From contig CAWJBB010000085.1 in NCBI GenBank assembly GCA_963840855.1, positions 101,365 through 165,364 of the forward strand: a DNA stretch of 64,000 nt. Reading direction: 5' to 3'. Position numbers and translations under genes: made by a program. The notes under the pieces are model-generated. The model was given only the letters and a program-made list of their open reading frames with translations. It searched no databases and was not told the origin of the DNA. Within the stretch, counting starts at the first letter, position 1. Every line of letters starts with the position of its first letter. Positions 1 through 9,899 of the stretch are shown one piece after another. This stretch comes from an uncultured delta proteobacterium. GTDB lineage: Bacteria; Desulfobacterota; Binatia; UBA9968.

Positions 1-78
1 AATCTAGAGACGGCGAAGCAGATCGGCCTGACGATCGCGCCGGAGGTGCTGGCGCGAGCGTACCGAGTGATCAAATGA
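1..78 (+). CDS. C-terminal end of ABC transporter substrate-binding protein (ABC_sub_bind-type), cut by window edge
   Basis: Frame 1 reads [25 protein letters not shown], matching the C-terminus of the paralog ending at 7363. Confidence 0.85.
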   Translation, partial: NLETAKQIGLTIAPEVLARAYRVIK

Positions 79-93
79 CCAAGCGGCGATGCT

Positions 94-163
94 AGGATTG
101 AATTGAATTCTCCATCGACTCAATCCTGTGAGATTTGTCCGTTGCGTCGTTCAGTTCAATCCT
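94..163 (+). repeat. 70-bp imperfect palindrome, module-boundary site copy 1 (full)
   Basis: AGGATTGAATTGAA (94-107) vs TTCAGTTCAATCCT (150-163): 13/14 inverted match; about 60/70 identical to 7437-7506. Confidence 0.9.
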
Positions 164-255
164 GCGGGAACTTTGCGATGGTCTGGCCGCGATAAGCGGC
201 CGTTCGTTAGGGAGATAACCCGCCGCCCTGGCGGCTTTTGTCGGGAAACGAAACG

Positions 256-284
256 TTGACAAATTGGGGTAGCTGGTGGATATT
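256..284 (+). promoter_or_regulatory. sigma70-type promoter (Pc-like) upstream of attI-like site
   Basis: TTGACA-N17-GATATT with TG before the -10; conserved at 34344-34373. Confidence 0.6.
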
Positions 285-339
285 GCAGCCGATTTGGATT
301 TCATTGTCGAGGCCGTCGCCGGAGATGAGCCGACCGGCC

Positions 340-377
340 TTTGTCGCTGCCTATGGCGGCTCACCTAATAGTTAGGC
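340..377 (+). other. attI-like recombination site
   Basis: GCTCACCTAATAGTTAGGC ends in a GTTRRRY core (371-377); homologous to 18488-18526. Confidence 0.6.
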
Positions 378-448
378 GAAATATTCATTTAAGGAAATGC
401 CTCGCCGGACATTTCCTCGAGTTACCCTGAAAACAGTAGGAGGCGTGT

Positions 449-1213
449 ATGTCTAAACTACGCCTCAACATGGCGCTCCGTTATTACGACCGCACTGCTG
501 CGTTGATCGATGGCACAGTTCAACCTGAAGGGATCGAGCTCAATTACGTTCAACTGAAGCCTTGGGAAACATTCTGGCGGGTGCTCCATCACTCGGAATT
601 TGACGTAACTGAGATTTCAACTTCAGGTTACGTCACCACACGCGAACGCATTCCGAAACCGTACATTGCTATCCCTGTTTTCCCCTCCAAAGTTTTCCGG
701 CATGCGGACATCTACATCAATGCGCGCTCAGGAATCCGGGAGCCTAAAGACCTCGAAGGAAAAAAGGTCGGCGGACCAGAGTATTCACAGACCGCTGCAG
801 TTTGGGCACGGGGAATCTTGCAGGATGAGTATGGTGTTGATCTGACGAAAGTATCCTGGTACCGAGGCGGGATTGAAGCTCCAGATCCGGTTGAACGAGT
901 AGAACTAAACCTTCCTCCCAGAATCCATCTTCAAGAAATCCCGCCTGGTAAAACAATCAATGGAATGCTTGAAGCCGGCGAGCTGGATGCAATGATTACC
1001 TCCCTGGCGCCATCCTCTTTTTTGAACGGCTCTCCCAATGTGTACCGTCTTTTCCCGAATTATCGAGATGTGGAAATGGCCTATTACAAGAAAACTGGAA
1101 TCTTTCCAATTATGCATACGATCGCCATCAGCGAGACATCTACGATCACAACCAGTGGATCGCCGCAAGTCTCATGAAGGCGTTTGAAGACGCCAAGAGG
1201 CATTGTTATCAAA
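449..1213 (+). pseudogene. 4,5-dihydroxyphthalate decarboxylase-like / ABC substrate-binding protein, frameshifted near 1130 and 3'-truncated
   Basis: YDRTAALIDGTVQPEG...EFDVTEIS...AIPVFPSKVFRH...IFPIMH; paralog of 47442-48533; homology continues in another frame to about 1213. Confidence 0.75.
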
Positions 1214-2149
1214 ATGGCGCACGGGGATCCTTCCGTTGCGCTTGTTTGTGCGATGCACCCGTCGGTCCTCGCTGTATGGCTGACCTCACCGGAAGTGCCT
1301 CCGCCATCTCAGGAGGCATGGGTCGCGCAACGCTCTGAGATTTTCCAAACGGTGAGAGAAGGCGCCTGGTGGGGAACCATCACATCAGAGCCTGGTAGTG
1401 GTGGCGACATGGCGAAGACGAAGGCGACTGCGCGCCCTGCGGGCAGCGACGGCCGTTATCTGATCACCGGCCAGAAGCAGTTCGGGAGCGGTTCCGGGAT
1501 AACCTCCTATATGATCACGACGGCTCTCCCAGAGGGAGAGACAACCCCCGACTTGTTCTTCCTCGATATGCGGGGCGTGCCCTGGGACGGCACAGCGGGG
1601 GTGACTCTAACAGCACCCTGGGATGGTCATGGAATGGTAGCCACTCAGAGTCACGCGATGGCGTTCGCGAACTTCCCTGGCCAGCGTAGTGCCCACCCGG
1701 GGAACCTTCTGAAAAGGATAGAAGCCACCGGCGGATTCATCCAATGTGCTTTCGCTTCGGTCATCGTTGGAGTCGTCGAGACCGCAGTCACGTCGGCGCG
1801 CCAGCACATGGTCAGGCGGCGCGATACTTTGCGCGCCTACGAGCGGGTCGAATGGTCGAGAGCCGAGATGGAAGGCTGGTTGATTGAGCAAGCGTACGAC
1901 GGCATGCTCCGCGCCGTCGAGGAGGGGAACGAAGGGCGGCGCCGGGCGGCGCAGGCGAAAACGGCTATCGCAGAATTGGCGGAGTCTGCCACGGGGCGGA
2001 TTTGTCGGGTGATCGGTGGAGGGACGTTCTCGCGATCCTCACCGTTCGGCTACTGGTACGAAGATGTTCGTGCGCTCGGCTTTCTGCGGCCGCCTTGGGG
2101 ACTGGTGTACGACAATCTCTTTGAGTGGTCGTGTGCCGAATCGGAATAG
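1214..2149 (+). CDS. Acyl-CoA dehydrogenase-family protein, probably 5'-truncated
   Basis: AHGDPSVALVCAMH, TSEPGSGGD, ITGQKQFGSGSG, ICRVIGGG, YEDVRALGF motifs. Confidence 0.75.
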   Translation: MAHGDPSVALVCAMHPSVLAVWLTSPEVPPPSQEAWVAQRSEIFQTVREGAWWGTITSEPGSGGDMAKTKATARPAGSDGRYLITGQKQFGSGSGITSYMITTALPEGETTPDLFFLDMRGVPWDGTAGVTLTAPWDGHGMVATQSHAMAFANFPGQRSAHPGNLLKRIEATGGFIQCAFASVIVGVVETAVTSARQHMVRRRDTLRAYERVEWSRAEMEGWLIEQAYDGMLRAVEEGNEGRRRAAQAKTAIAELAESATGRICRVIGGGTFSRSSPFGYWYEDVRALGFLRPPWGLVYDNLFEWSCAESE

Positions 2150-2179
2150 GGAGCACGCATCAGCCAGGCGCACCGTATC

Positions 2180-2252
2180 GCCCAACTCCACGCTCGACCG
2201 GTCCTCTGGCTCGCATTCGCTCGCCGCGGCCGGTCAACATGTGCGGTTGGGC
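2180..2252 (+). other. attC site (73 bp)
   Basis: GCCCAAC ... GACCGGT/GCCGGTC inner arms ... GTTGGGC. Confidence 0.85.
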
Positions 2253-2285
2253 CGCAGTATGGATGGTGAGCTATAGGAGGAGCAT

Positions 2286-3335
2286 ATGATCTATTCAGAA
2301 TGGAATCGGGTCAGCATCCTCTCGTTCTTGGTGTTGATGGGCTGCGCCGGAATCACCTCTCAAGCAGAACTCAAGCTCGTTACAGAGAGCTATATGATTC
2401 AATCGCATGACCCTGGCATTCAACTGTATGTCAGGAATAAGCGCCCCGAAGGCATGGCCCAATTCAGCGGGGAGAAGACGCTGCTCTATGTGCACGGTAC
2501 CACACAGGCAGCGAGCAGTACATTCGATTTGCCTTTGGATGGTTTCTCGTGGATGGATTACATCGCACGCCGCGGCTACGATGTTTATCTGGTTGATTTG
2601 CGGGGCTACGGTCGTTCCACGCGCCCCCTAGAGATGGAAAAGCCGGCCGCTGACAATCCACCCATCGTCAGAACCGATGTTGCAGTTAGGGACGTAGGGG
2701 CAGCTGTTGATCATATCCTGGTCCGTCGAGGCGTGACCAAACTCAATTTAATGGGCTGGTCTTGGGGTACCGCGATCATGGGCCGATACGCCACGCAAAA
2801 CAGCGACAAAGTCAATCGTCTGGTGCTCTATGCACCGGGCTGGATACGCAAGGCGCCGGCGAGCGGTAGCCCCGCAAGGCTTGGCGCATATCAAGCATGG
2901 ACGATGGAGCAAGCGAGGAGCCGTCTTCAAACTGGCGCGCCGGAAGAAAAGAAAAAAGACTTGATGCCGGCAGCTTGGTTCGAAGCGTGGTCTGCGGCCA
3001 CACTTGCCACCGACCCAGTCGGCGCCAAGCAGACACCGCCGGTTGTGCGCACTCCAAACGGCACTGTCCAAGATACTCAGGAGTACTGGTTTGCCGGGAA
3101 GCCTCTATGGGAGCCATCCGAAATTAAGGCACCTACCTTAATTGTGCTCGCAGAGTGGGATGACGTTACCCCGGTCACAGGGGCGCAGGCGGTCTTCGGC
3201 AAACTCAGCAACACCCACTATAAACGTCTTGTTCAAATCGGGGAGGGCACTCACGTAGTTTTCCTGGAGAAGAATCGCATCCATCTTTTTCGCGAAGTAC
3301 AGTTATTTCTTGATGAGCCACGCTCGGCAAACTAG
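2286..3335 (+). CDS. Exported alpha/beta hydrolase (possible lipoprotein)
   Basis: GGAGG RBS; signal with LMGC; YVHG, DLRGYGRS, nucleophile GWSWG, C-terminal GTH. Confidence 0.9.
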   Translation: MIYSEWNRVSILSFLVLMGCAGITSQAELKLVTESYMIQSHDPGIQLYVRNKRPEGMAQFSGEKTLLYVHGTTQAASSTFDLPLDGFSWMDYIARRGYDVYLVDLRGYGRSTRPLEMEKPAADNPPIVRTDVAVRDVGAAVDHILVRRGVTKLNLMGWSWGTAIMGRYATQNSDKVNRLVLYAPGWIRKAPASGSPARLGAYQAWTMEQARSRLQTGAPEEKKKDLMPAAWFEAWSAATLATDPVGAKQTPPVVRTPNGTVQDTQEYWFAGKPLWEPSEIKAPTLIVLAEWDDVTPVTGAQAVFGKLSNTHYKRLVQIGEGTHVVFLEKNRIHLFREVQLFLDEPRSAN

Positions 3336-3548
3336 GCTGCCGATCATTTCCAACACCTGTGCACCTAATTCCGGTAGTTCATCGCGCAAGGAAAAAGACC
3401 TTATTACGGCGCGAATAGATAGACCATTTTTGGTGCTCACGGTCTCGCTTCCAAAGTGACGCTAGTCTCTACCTCCTAAGGCTGGGATTTTCATGTGATT
3501 CCGGCACCTTGGCCGCCAATACATTACGTTGTTTGGGATTGGTTTGAC

Positions 3549-3567
3549 GCGTCGTTCAGTTCAATCT
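3549..3567 (+). repeat. Module-boundary site copy 2 (right arm; left arm degenerate)
   Basis: GCGTCGTTCAGTTCAATCT. Confidence 0.8.
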
Positions 3568-3913
3568 CAGGCTAAAAATCTGGTTTTTCCACTCGATGAA
3601 TACTTTTCGCCTTCTGTCGTAAATGGCACTTTTCTCTGCTACCTTCCGCGTAATGTGCAAATGGTGTCTGTAATGAAAAAAGCTGGTGTCTCGTCAATCC
3701 TGTTCGTAGTGATCCTACTTGCTGTTGCGGTCATAGCCGAGGCGCAGCAGACGAGGAAAGTTGACCGATTTCACGGAACGTACCCACCCAATTTCAACGA
3801 AGGGACCCACCTGATTTCAAGGAAGGGACCCACCCAATTTCAGGTGGTCCCCTTCGTTTCTGAGCGAGCCGACGAACGATGCTACCTTGGCCAACTGGAG
3901 GAGGATCCAGTTA

Positions 3914-5431
3914 ATGGCCAAAGAAAGGACCAGCGTTCGTATGCGAGCTCAAATCAAAACCCTGTCCGAACAGGGGCACTCCGTTCGCCGTATTGCCCGG
4001 ATACTTCGGCTTTCGCGCAGGACGGTGCGGAAGTTTTTGGAGCCCACCGCAGAGCCGCCCAGTGAGAGCGGTGGTTGGGTTGAGACGGTTGACTGGGAGT
4101 ATGTCCGCCAGGAAGTCTATGGCAAAGGGACCACGGTCAAGCAGATCCAGCGGGAGGTGGCCCCCGAGACAGGGTATGTAAAGTTTTGGCGTCAGTTTCG
4201 GGAAAAGGTTAGTGTGCAAGCCTCACCCGATCAAGTGACTATCCGGCTTCATCACAAGCCTGCGGAAAAAACCCAGATCGATTTTTCAGACGGTCTGTTT
4301 ATCACCGAGCGAGGGACGGGAAACAAGACACTGACCCAGTTTTTCTTAGGGGTTCTGCCCTTCAGCTCGTATACCTTCGGGGAATTCGTTCTAGATCAGA
4401 AGCTTTCCACCTTCATCGGGGTCCAGCAGCGCATGTTCGCCTACTTTGGTGGGATAACCCCCTACGTAGTGGTGGACAATCTCAAGAGCGGTGTCCACAA
4501 GGCCGATCTGTACGACCCCGATGTAAATCCCACCTACTGTGATTTTGCCAATCACATGGGCTTTGCGGTACTGCCGGCCAGACCCTACAAGGCCCGGGAC
4601 AAGGGCTCTGGGGAATGCCACATCGGAGTGATCCAAAGAGGGTTTTTCCAGGAGGTCCGTAACCGGGTCTTCTATTCTCTCCAAGATCTCAATCAAACCC
4701 TCAGGGAATATCTTCATCGGTTGAACCGCGAGGTGATGAAAGACTACGGGGTGAGCCGCAACCAGCGCTTCGAGCAAGAGAAAAAGCAATTAAAGGCCCT
4801 GCCACCCTCTCCCTTCGAGTTAAGCGAGTGGCGCCAGGCTAAAGTCCATCCCGACTGCCATATCCAAGTGGAGAAAAACTTCTACTCGGTCCCCTTTGTC
4901 TACGTCAGCCAAAGGGTCCGGGTCAGGCTCACCGAGAAAATTGTGGAAGTGTTTAGTGAGGACAGCCAGCCCCTTACCGCTCACACCAGACTGATGGGGA
5001 TCGGACAGTTCTCCACCTATGATTTCCATTATCCCGAAGCCAAGCTGAGCGTGGCGCGCTTTGAAGTCCGTCACGCTCAAGAACAGGCCAAAAAGCTTGG
5101 CCCCCATGTCGAGAAGTTACTCGATGATCTGCTCTCAGGCCAACATCCCTTGCGCCATCTAAGACGGGTCCAAGGAATCTTGCGGCTTGCCAAACGCTAT
5201 CCCATCACGGCTGAAGCTTTGGACCATGCATGCCAGCGGGCGATTGTCTTCAACAAGACACGGCTCGCCTACATCAAAGACTGCGCCCTTTACTTTGTTA
5301 GCCACGGCCAAAGACCCACGCTTCTTCCCCCGCAGAGAAAGCTGGATACCGTGCATCTACACCAATACGCTGCCAACTCGGGCTCAGATTCTGAACTGTC
5401 GCTGCCGTCGGTGGAGGAGGAACTGCTATGA
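3914..5431 (+). CDS. istA: IS21 transposase IstA
   Basis: N-terminal HTH, QIDFS, VVVDNLKSGV, PYKARDKGSGE, KVHPDCHIQVEKNFYSVP; GGAGG RBS. Confidence 0.95.
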   Translation: MAKERTSVRMRAQIKTLSEQGHSVRRIARILRLSRRTVRKFLEPTAEPPSESGGWVETVDWEYVRQEVYGKGTTVKQIQREVAPETGYVKFWRQFREKVSVQASPDQVTIRLHHKPAEKTQIDFSDGLFITERGTGNKTLTQFFLGVLPFSSYTFGEFVLDQKLSTFIGVQQRMFAYFGGITPYVVVDNLKSGVHKADLYDPDVNPTYCDFANHMGFAVLPARPYKARDKGSGECHIGVIQRGFFQEVRNRVFYSLQDLNQTLREYLHRLNREVMKDYGVSRNQRFEQEKKQLKALPPSPFELSEWRQAKVHPDCHIQVEKNFYSVPFVYVSQRVRVRLTEKIVEVFSEDSQPLTAHTRLMGIGQFSTYDFHYPEAKLSVARFEVRHAQEQAKKLGPHVEKLLDDLLSGQHPLRHLRRVQGILRLAKRYPITAEALDHACQRAIVFNKTRLAYIKDCALYFVSHGQRPTLLPPQRKLDTVHLHQYAANSGSDSELSLPSVEEELL

Positions 5432-5601
5432 GCACGAGCTTAAAATCCAGCCCCAACCTGATTTTTTACCTCCCAGAGCAGGGAGCAGAGAAAAACGACC
5501 TCCACAGAGGCCCTATAAACGACGATCTCGCTTTGACCCATACCTTGGGTACCCCCCAAAACAGCCGTTTCACCAGGAGGTCTCCCCGCCATGATGCTTG
5601 A
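5428..5601 (+). CDS. Putative 57-aa ORF between istA and istB
   Basis: ATGA overlap with the istA stop, GGAGGAGG RBS; MSTSLKSSPNLIFYLPEQ...RHDA*. Confidence 0.35.
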   Translation: MSTSLKSSPNLIFYLPEQGAEKNDLHRGPINDDLALTHTLGTPQNSRFTRRSPRHDA

Positions 5602-6346
5602 TCAAGTCAGAAACCTTTCCCACCAGATGCGCCTGTTTGGCATCCATGAAGCCTGCGAACGGCAAGCCCAGATCGCTTTGTCCCAGCAGCTCCATCCCCT
5701 GGAGTTTTTACGCTTGCTGCTCGAAGATGAACTGTTGTCGCGCAAAGACCGAACCGCCAAGGCGCTGGTGACCAAGGCCCGCTTTCGGTTCCGCGCCGAT
5801 CTGGAAGACTTAGATTTAGCGTTCCACAAGGATCTGACCAAAGCCAAGATCAAAGAACTCTGCGAGCTCGGCTTCCTCCATAACCTGGAGAATCTTTTGA
5901 TTTTAGGTAAAACCGGTTTGGGAAAGACTCATCTAGCGATAGCCTTGGGAAAACGGCTGTGCCAGGAAGGTCATCCCACGCAATTCTTGCCAGTCAACTT
6001 CCTGTTCGAGGAAATCCAAGCTGCCAGGGCCGCCGGCCGTTACCTCAACTACATCCGTAGTCTCATCAAGGCCAAGGTTTTGATCCTCGATGACCTGGGG
6101 TTAAGAAACTATACCCACGAGGAAGCCACTTCCCTGATGGACATCCTCGAAGAGCGCTACCGCAAGGCTCCCCTCATCGTTACTTCCCAGGTTGAGCCTC
6201 AGGGATGGCTCAAACTGTTTGAAGATCCGGTGATCGCCGAGGCCATCGTGGATCGGCTGATTCATCCATCTCAGAAAATCACCTTGAAAGGAGAGAAGTC
6301 CTATAGAGAAAAACTCACAGAGAAAAAATCAGGATTGAAAAACTAG
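5591..6346 (+). CDS. istB: IS21 helper ATPase IstB
   Basis: Walker A GKTGLGKT, Walker B LILDDLG, AIVDRL. Confidence 0.95.
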   Translation: MMLDQVRNLSHQMRLFGIHEACERQAQIALSQQLHPLEFLRLLLEDELLSRKDRTAKALVTKARFRFRADLEDLDLAFHKDLTKAKIKELCELGFLHNLENLLILGKTGLGKTHLAIALGKRLCQEGHPTQFLPVNFLFEEIQAARAAGRYLNYIRSLIKAKVLILDDLGLRNYTHEEATSLMDILEERYRKAPLIVTSQVEPQGWLKLFEDPVIAEAIVDRLIHPSQKITLKGEKSYREKLTEKKSGLKN

Positions 6347-7436
6347 GGAGGCTTATTGTAGACAGTCAAGATAACTTCGTCGCTTCGCTCCGCTGAATTG
6401 GGTGGTCCCCTTCGTTGAAATCGGGTGGGTCCCTTCAGTGAAATCGAACAGAAAGTCCCTCGGATAGGGTATTTATCGCCAAATGATCCTATTAGCGACT
6501 CCTCGCGCTCCGAGCCGATTCGGCTGGCTCTGCGCCAGTTGGGCTATATAGAAGGACAGAACATCGCCTTTGAGTACCGATATGCGGAAGGGAAAGTCGA
6601 TCGCTTCCCTGAGCTTGCAGCGGAGCTGGTTCGTCTCAAGGTTAATGTCATCGTGGTGGGAGGAGGGACCAGGATGGTCCGAGCGGCCAAGAATGCGACC
6701 AAGACGATTCCCATCGTTATGGTGGGCGCTGGGGTCGATCCAGTCGAGGCAGGCTTCGTTGAAAGCCTTGCCCGTCCCGGCGGCAACGTCACCGGCCTTA
6801 CAACCCTTTCCAGAGAGCTAGGCGGTAAGCGGCTCGAGCTGCTCAAAGAAGCCGTTCCCAAAGTGGCCCGTGTCGCGGTTCTCTACGACGCGACCAGTCC
6901 GGGCATTGCACTCGACATGAAAGAGGTTCTCCAAGTCGCGGCGCGTGCGCTGGGGTTGACTCTTCAGCCTTGGGAGGTACGCCGTGCAGACGATTTCGAG
7001 AAGGTATTCGCTGCGCTGAGTAAGGAGCGCCCGGATGGACTCTATATGGCCGCGGGCCGGCTAATGAGTGAAAATCAAAAACGGATCGTCGGCTTTGCGT
7101 TAAAGAACCGGTTACCGTCGACGTACCCGTACGTAGAAGCTGTAGATGTCGGTGGGCTCATGTACTACGGAGCGGACATCGCGGACAGCTACCGGCGCGT
7201 CGCATATTATGTAGACAAAATTCTGAAGGGAGCCAAGCCCGCCGACCTGCCGGTGGAGCAGCCGACGAAGTTTGAGCTGGTGATCAATCTCAAAACCGCC
7301 AAGCAGATTGGCCTCACGATTTCGCCGAATCTGCTCGCGAGGGCGGATCGGGTGATTCGGTGAAAACAGGTAAAAGCACTGGACATCAATTCGTCGACGG
7401 GTCCCCGGATTCGCTCAGACGTTAACCCTTGACCCT

Positions 7437-7506
7437 CAGATTGAACTGAATTCGCCATCTAACAAATCCTCTGAGATTTGACCGTTGCGTCGTTCAGTTC
7501 AATCCT
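7437..7506 (+). repeat. Module-boundary site copy 3 (full, 70 bp)
   Basis: CAGATTGAACTGAATTCGCCATC...CAAATC-N6-GATTTG...CGTTGCGTCGTTCAGTTCAATCCT. Confidence 0.9.
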
Positions 7507-7614
7507 GAGCCGAAATTAGCCCTTTCCCCCTCGACAAATCCGGTTTCCCTTCTGCCGTAAATAATCGTTTCCGCAATTACCGCCTGCGTGATAGCATCCG
7601 TAACGAGGTGCGCA

Positions 7615-7797
7615 ATGAAGAAAGCTGCGCTGCCATCAATCCTTATTGCAGTGGTGTTACTTGCTCTTGGAGTGATAGCCGAAGCGCAGCAGACCGGGAA
7701 AGTCCCGCGGATTGGTTATTTAACGGGTGCCACGCCTGACGGGCAATCGGCCCGCATCGAAGCATTCCGGCAGGGCCTGCGCGAGCTTGGGTATATA
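7615..7797 (+). pseudogene. N-terminal fragment of ABC substrate-binding protein
   Basis: MKKAALPSIL...EAQQTGKVPRIGYL...RQGLRELGYI, then homology stops abruptly. Confidence 0.85.
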
Positions 7798-8146
7798 ATA
7801 CGGCAAGTACCGTCTTGGCCGATGGTGACGATGCCCGGCGGTTTGCGGCAATGTCTCGGGAGCGGATCAAACCATAACGGCGGTGGACTGCCGGGCCGAT
7901 ACTTCCGGCGCGTCGGTGAATCCCATTCTTACGGGCGGCGCTTCCAATTCGATATTGTCTTCGGCTCTCAGTTGCGGCAATGGCACATGGGCGGCGGGAA
8001 CGGTGAGCGGCACGCCGACGATAAGAACTTTTAGCGCCAATGGGGCCACTTGTTCCGTCACGCCCTGCACCGTCGATGCGGCGATTGCAACAGCAGGAGG
8101 CTCGGCCAGATATGCGATTATCCGGTTTACGATTTCGGGGCAATGA
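7798..8146 (+). pseudogene. C-terminal fragment of an unknown Gly/Thr/Cys-rich protein
   Basis: Protein-like frame AVCGNVSGADQTITAVDCRAD...[11 protein letters not shown], coupled (ATGA) to the next gene, no start. Confidence 0.45.
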
Positions 8147-9240
8147 AGATGAAAACTTATTTACTTGCGATCCTGTTGTTTCTTTTTTCTATTTCTCCGG
8201 CAAAAGCAACTGTCTTATCCGATGCCGCCGCGGCGCTCGCCGTCGGCTCCTGGGCCGAGATTAGCCTGACAACCGGGTGCAAGGCGGCGCTGTTACAGCC
8301 CGGCACGGACGGCAATATCATCTCCTATGCCGCACAGTTTGTTTGGGACTCGGTTCGCAAGCGCGGCTACTTTGTCGGCAACGATCATATAGATAGCGTG
8401 ATGACTCAGGACCAGAGATTTGTCTATTACGACGAGGCGACAAACTGTTGGGATAATCTTCCTGCCGGTTGGTCCAATCCCGGGGTTACTGATCACGCCT
8501 ATTACCATAATGCCATCGACACTTCCGAGGGATACTTCTATCGCCGCCAGGGCAAAGACACTCAGGTCATTGCCCGCTTCGACATCGACGGCCACACATG
8601 GTTATCGGACCTGCCTAATAATAGCCAACTCTCGTTCACGCAATGTTGCGGCGGCTTGAGCTATTTTCGCGAGGCGGGGGGGTTGTTCTGGATTCAGGGC
8701 GATGGCGGCCCCGGTGGCGCTGGCGCGTGCGGCGGGACGAACTGTGGGCGCCTAACGTACTTCAGCGAATCGACAAACGGGTGGATTACGGTGCAGTCCA
8801 ATATCCCGATGGCGGCGCAGCCGGTGTTTATGGCGTATAGCGGCGTCCACCGGATTCTCGTCTTTGGCGATAATGCTGGACATTTCTGGAAAATGGATCA
8901 GAACCGCACATTGACTCAACTCGCAAGCCCGCTCTCCTCTAGCGTCGATTTTTACGACGGTACGGGCGCTATGGGGGTGATGGTTGACGATCCCGTCAGC
9001 GGGGATTTTTTGTGGCTCGATGCTTCGGATCGAGTTTTCCGAAAATACAATGTGCTTACCGACACTTGGAGCACTCAGTCCTCTACGGGCAAGCCGACGC
9101 TCACGAACTTAACCATCATGGCGGCGCCGATCACCAATCACGGCGTTATCATGTACGTCTACTGCGCGATCACTAACTGCCACGTCTATTTGTACAAACA
9201 CGGTACAATTCCGTTTTGTAAAGGCAAGAAATGCAGATGA
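8143..9240 (+). CDS. Secreted hypothetical protein, possible beta-propeller
   Basis: Signal peptide [22 protein letters not shown]; repeated YD/FD-x(3-4)-W strands ([24 protein letters not shown]). Confidence 0.7.
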   Translation: MKMKTYLLAILLFLFSISPAKATVLSDAAAALAVGSWAEISLTTGCKAALLQPGTDGNIISYAAQFVWDSVRKRGYFVGNDHIDSVMTQDQRFVYYDEATNCWDNLPAGWSNPGVTDHAYYHNAIDTSEGYFYRRQGKDTQVIARFDIDGHTWLSDLPNNSQLSFTQCCGGLSYFREAGGLFWIQGDGGPGGAGACGGTNCGRLTYFSESTNGWITVQSNIPMAAQPVFMAYSGVHRILVFGDNAGHFWKMDQNRTLTQLASPLSSSVDFYDGTGAMGVMVDDPVSGDFLWLDASDRVFRKYNVLTDTWSTQSSTGKPTLTNLTIMAAPITNHGVIMYVYCAITNCHVYLYKHGTIPFCKGKKCR

Positions 9241-9350
9241 CCGACGGGGCGATCGACTGGCTCTGCGTGCCCTCCTTCGACTCGCCGAGCGTCTTCAGCA
9301 GCCTGCTCGACCGGGAAGCCGGGTTCTTCCGCTTCGCGCCGTTCGGGATG
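9237..9350 (+). pseudogene. Short internal fragment of a glycoside hydrolase family 15 (trehalase-like) gene
   Basis: [33 protein letters not shown] is the characteristic GH15 N-terminal motif. Confidence 0.7.
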
Positions 9351-9682
9351 CCCTTGCAGGGTCACCCATTAGCAGGCAGGTCAAGAAGCACAGACGTTTC
9401 GATAGGAATTCTTCTTGTTCCCTTTTTTCAACTTGCCCCCATGCGATCGGGCGTATTTAACACCGCCTCCTACAAGTTGGATGGTAAGACGCTGACGATC
9501 ACGCAGGAACTCAACCAGACCGGGCCGGTAGCGAATCCGACAACGTGGAAGCTGACGCGAATCGAATGATGTATGCGAGATCTTGACGGCGAACAAGCTC
9601 AGGCTGTTTGTTGATCCGAAGCGGGCATACGCATAACACGAGACTCATGCGATGTTTCGTCTTGACGGTCTATCGTTGGATT

Positions 9683-9757
9683 AGAGCCGGCGGCGGTCAG
9701 GTATGTTGGCAACGTCCGGCCACAGAACCGCCGCGGCTCAATCGCATTTTGTTAACT
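9683..9757 (+). other. Degenerate attC-like site
   Basis: GAGCCG-GCGGCGGT ... ACCGCCGC-GGCTC arms followed by GTTAACT; R'' box not recognisable. Confidence 0.45.
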
Positions 9758-9761
9758 CTGC

Positions 9762-9784
9762 GATTGAACTGAATTCTCCATCTA
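9762..9784 (+). repeat. Module-boundary site copy 4 (left half only)
   Basis: GATTGAACTGAATTCTCCATCTA. Confidence 0.85.
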
Positions 9785-9899
9785 TGTGATCCAGCCTGTA
9801 CACCAAGGGATATAACTGAGTCCGAGCTTCCGTCGGCGTAGAAATCTACGAATTGCGGAATAACGCAACTTTGGTTTAAAAGGGGTCAAGGACGATCTT

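Larger units (their letters stand above)
3762..6450 (+). mobile_element. IS21-family insertion sequence (2689 bp)
   Basis: TG...CA ends; IRs TGACCGATTTCAC / GTGAAATCGAACA with internal ~22-bp repeats (ATTTCAACGAAGGGACCCACC); 6-bp target duplication GAAAGT at 3756-3761 and 6451-6456. Confidence 0.95.
3673..7363 (+). pseudogene. ABC substrate-binding protein (ABC_sub_bind-type) interrupted by IS21
   Basis: MKKAGVSSILF...EAQQTRKV (3673-3761) rejoins in frame to PRIGYLSP...ARADRVIR* (6457-7363) when the IS and one GAAAGT copy are removed. Confidence 0.92.

Noticed and set aside
3762-3860. Tandem ~22-bp repeats that could be mistaken for CRISPR repeats or iterons
   Set aside because: No unique spacers; mirrored at 6395-6450; these are the internal repeats of IS21 ends.
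3529-4065. 178-aa ORF in the supplied track
   Set aside because: It is the SBP signal peptide reading into the IS21 left end.
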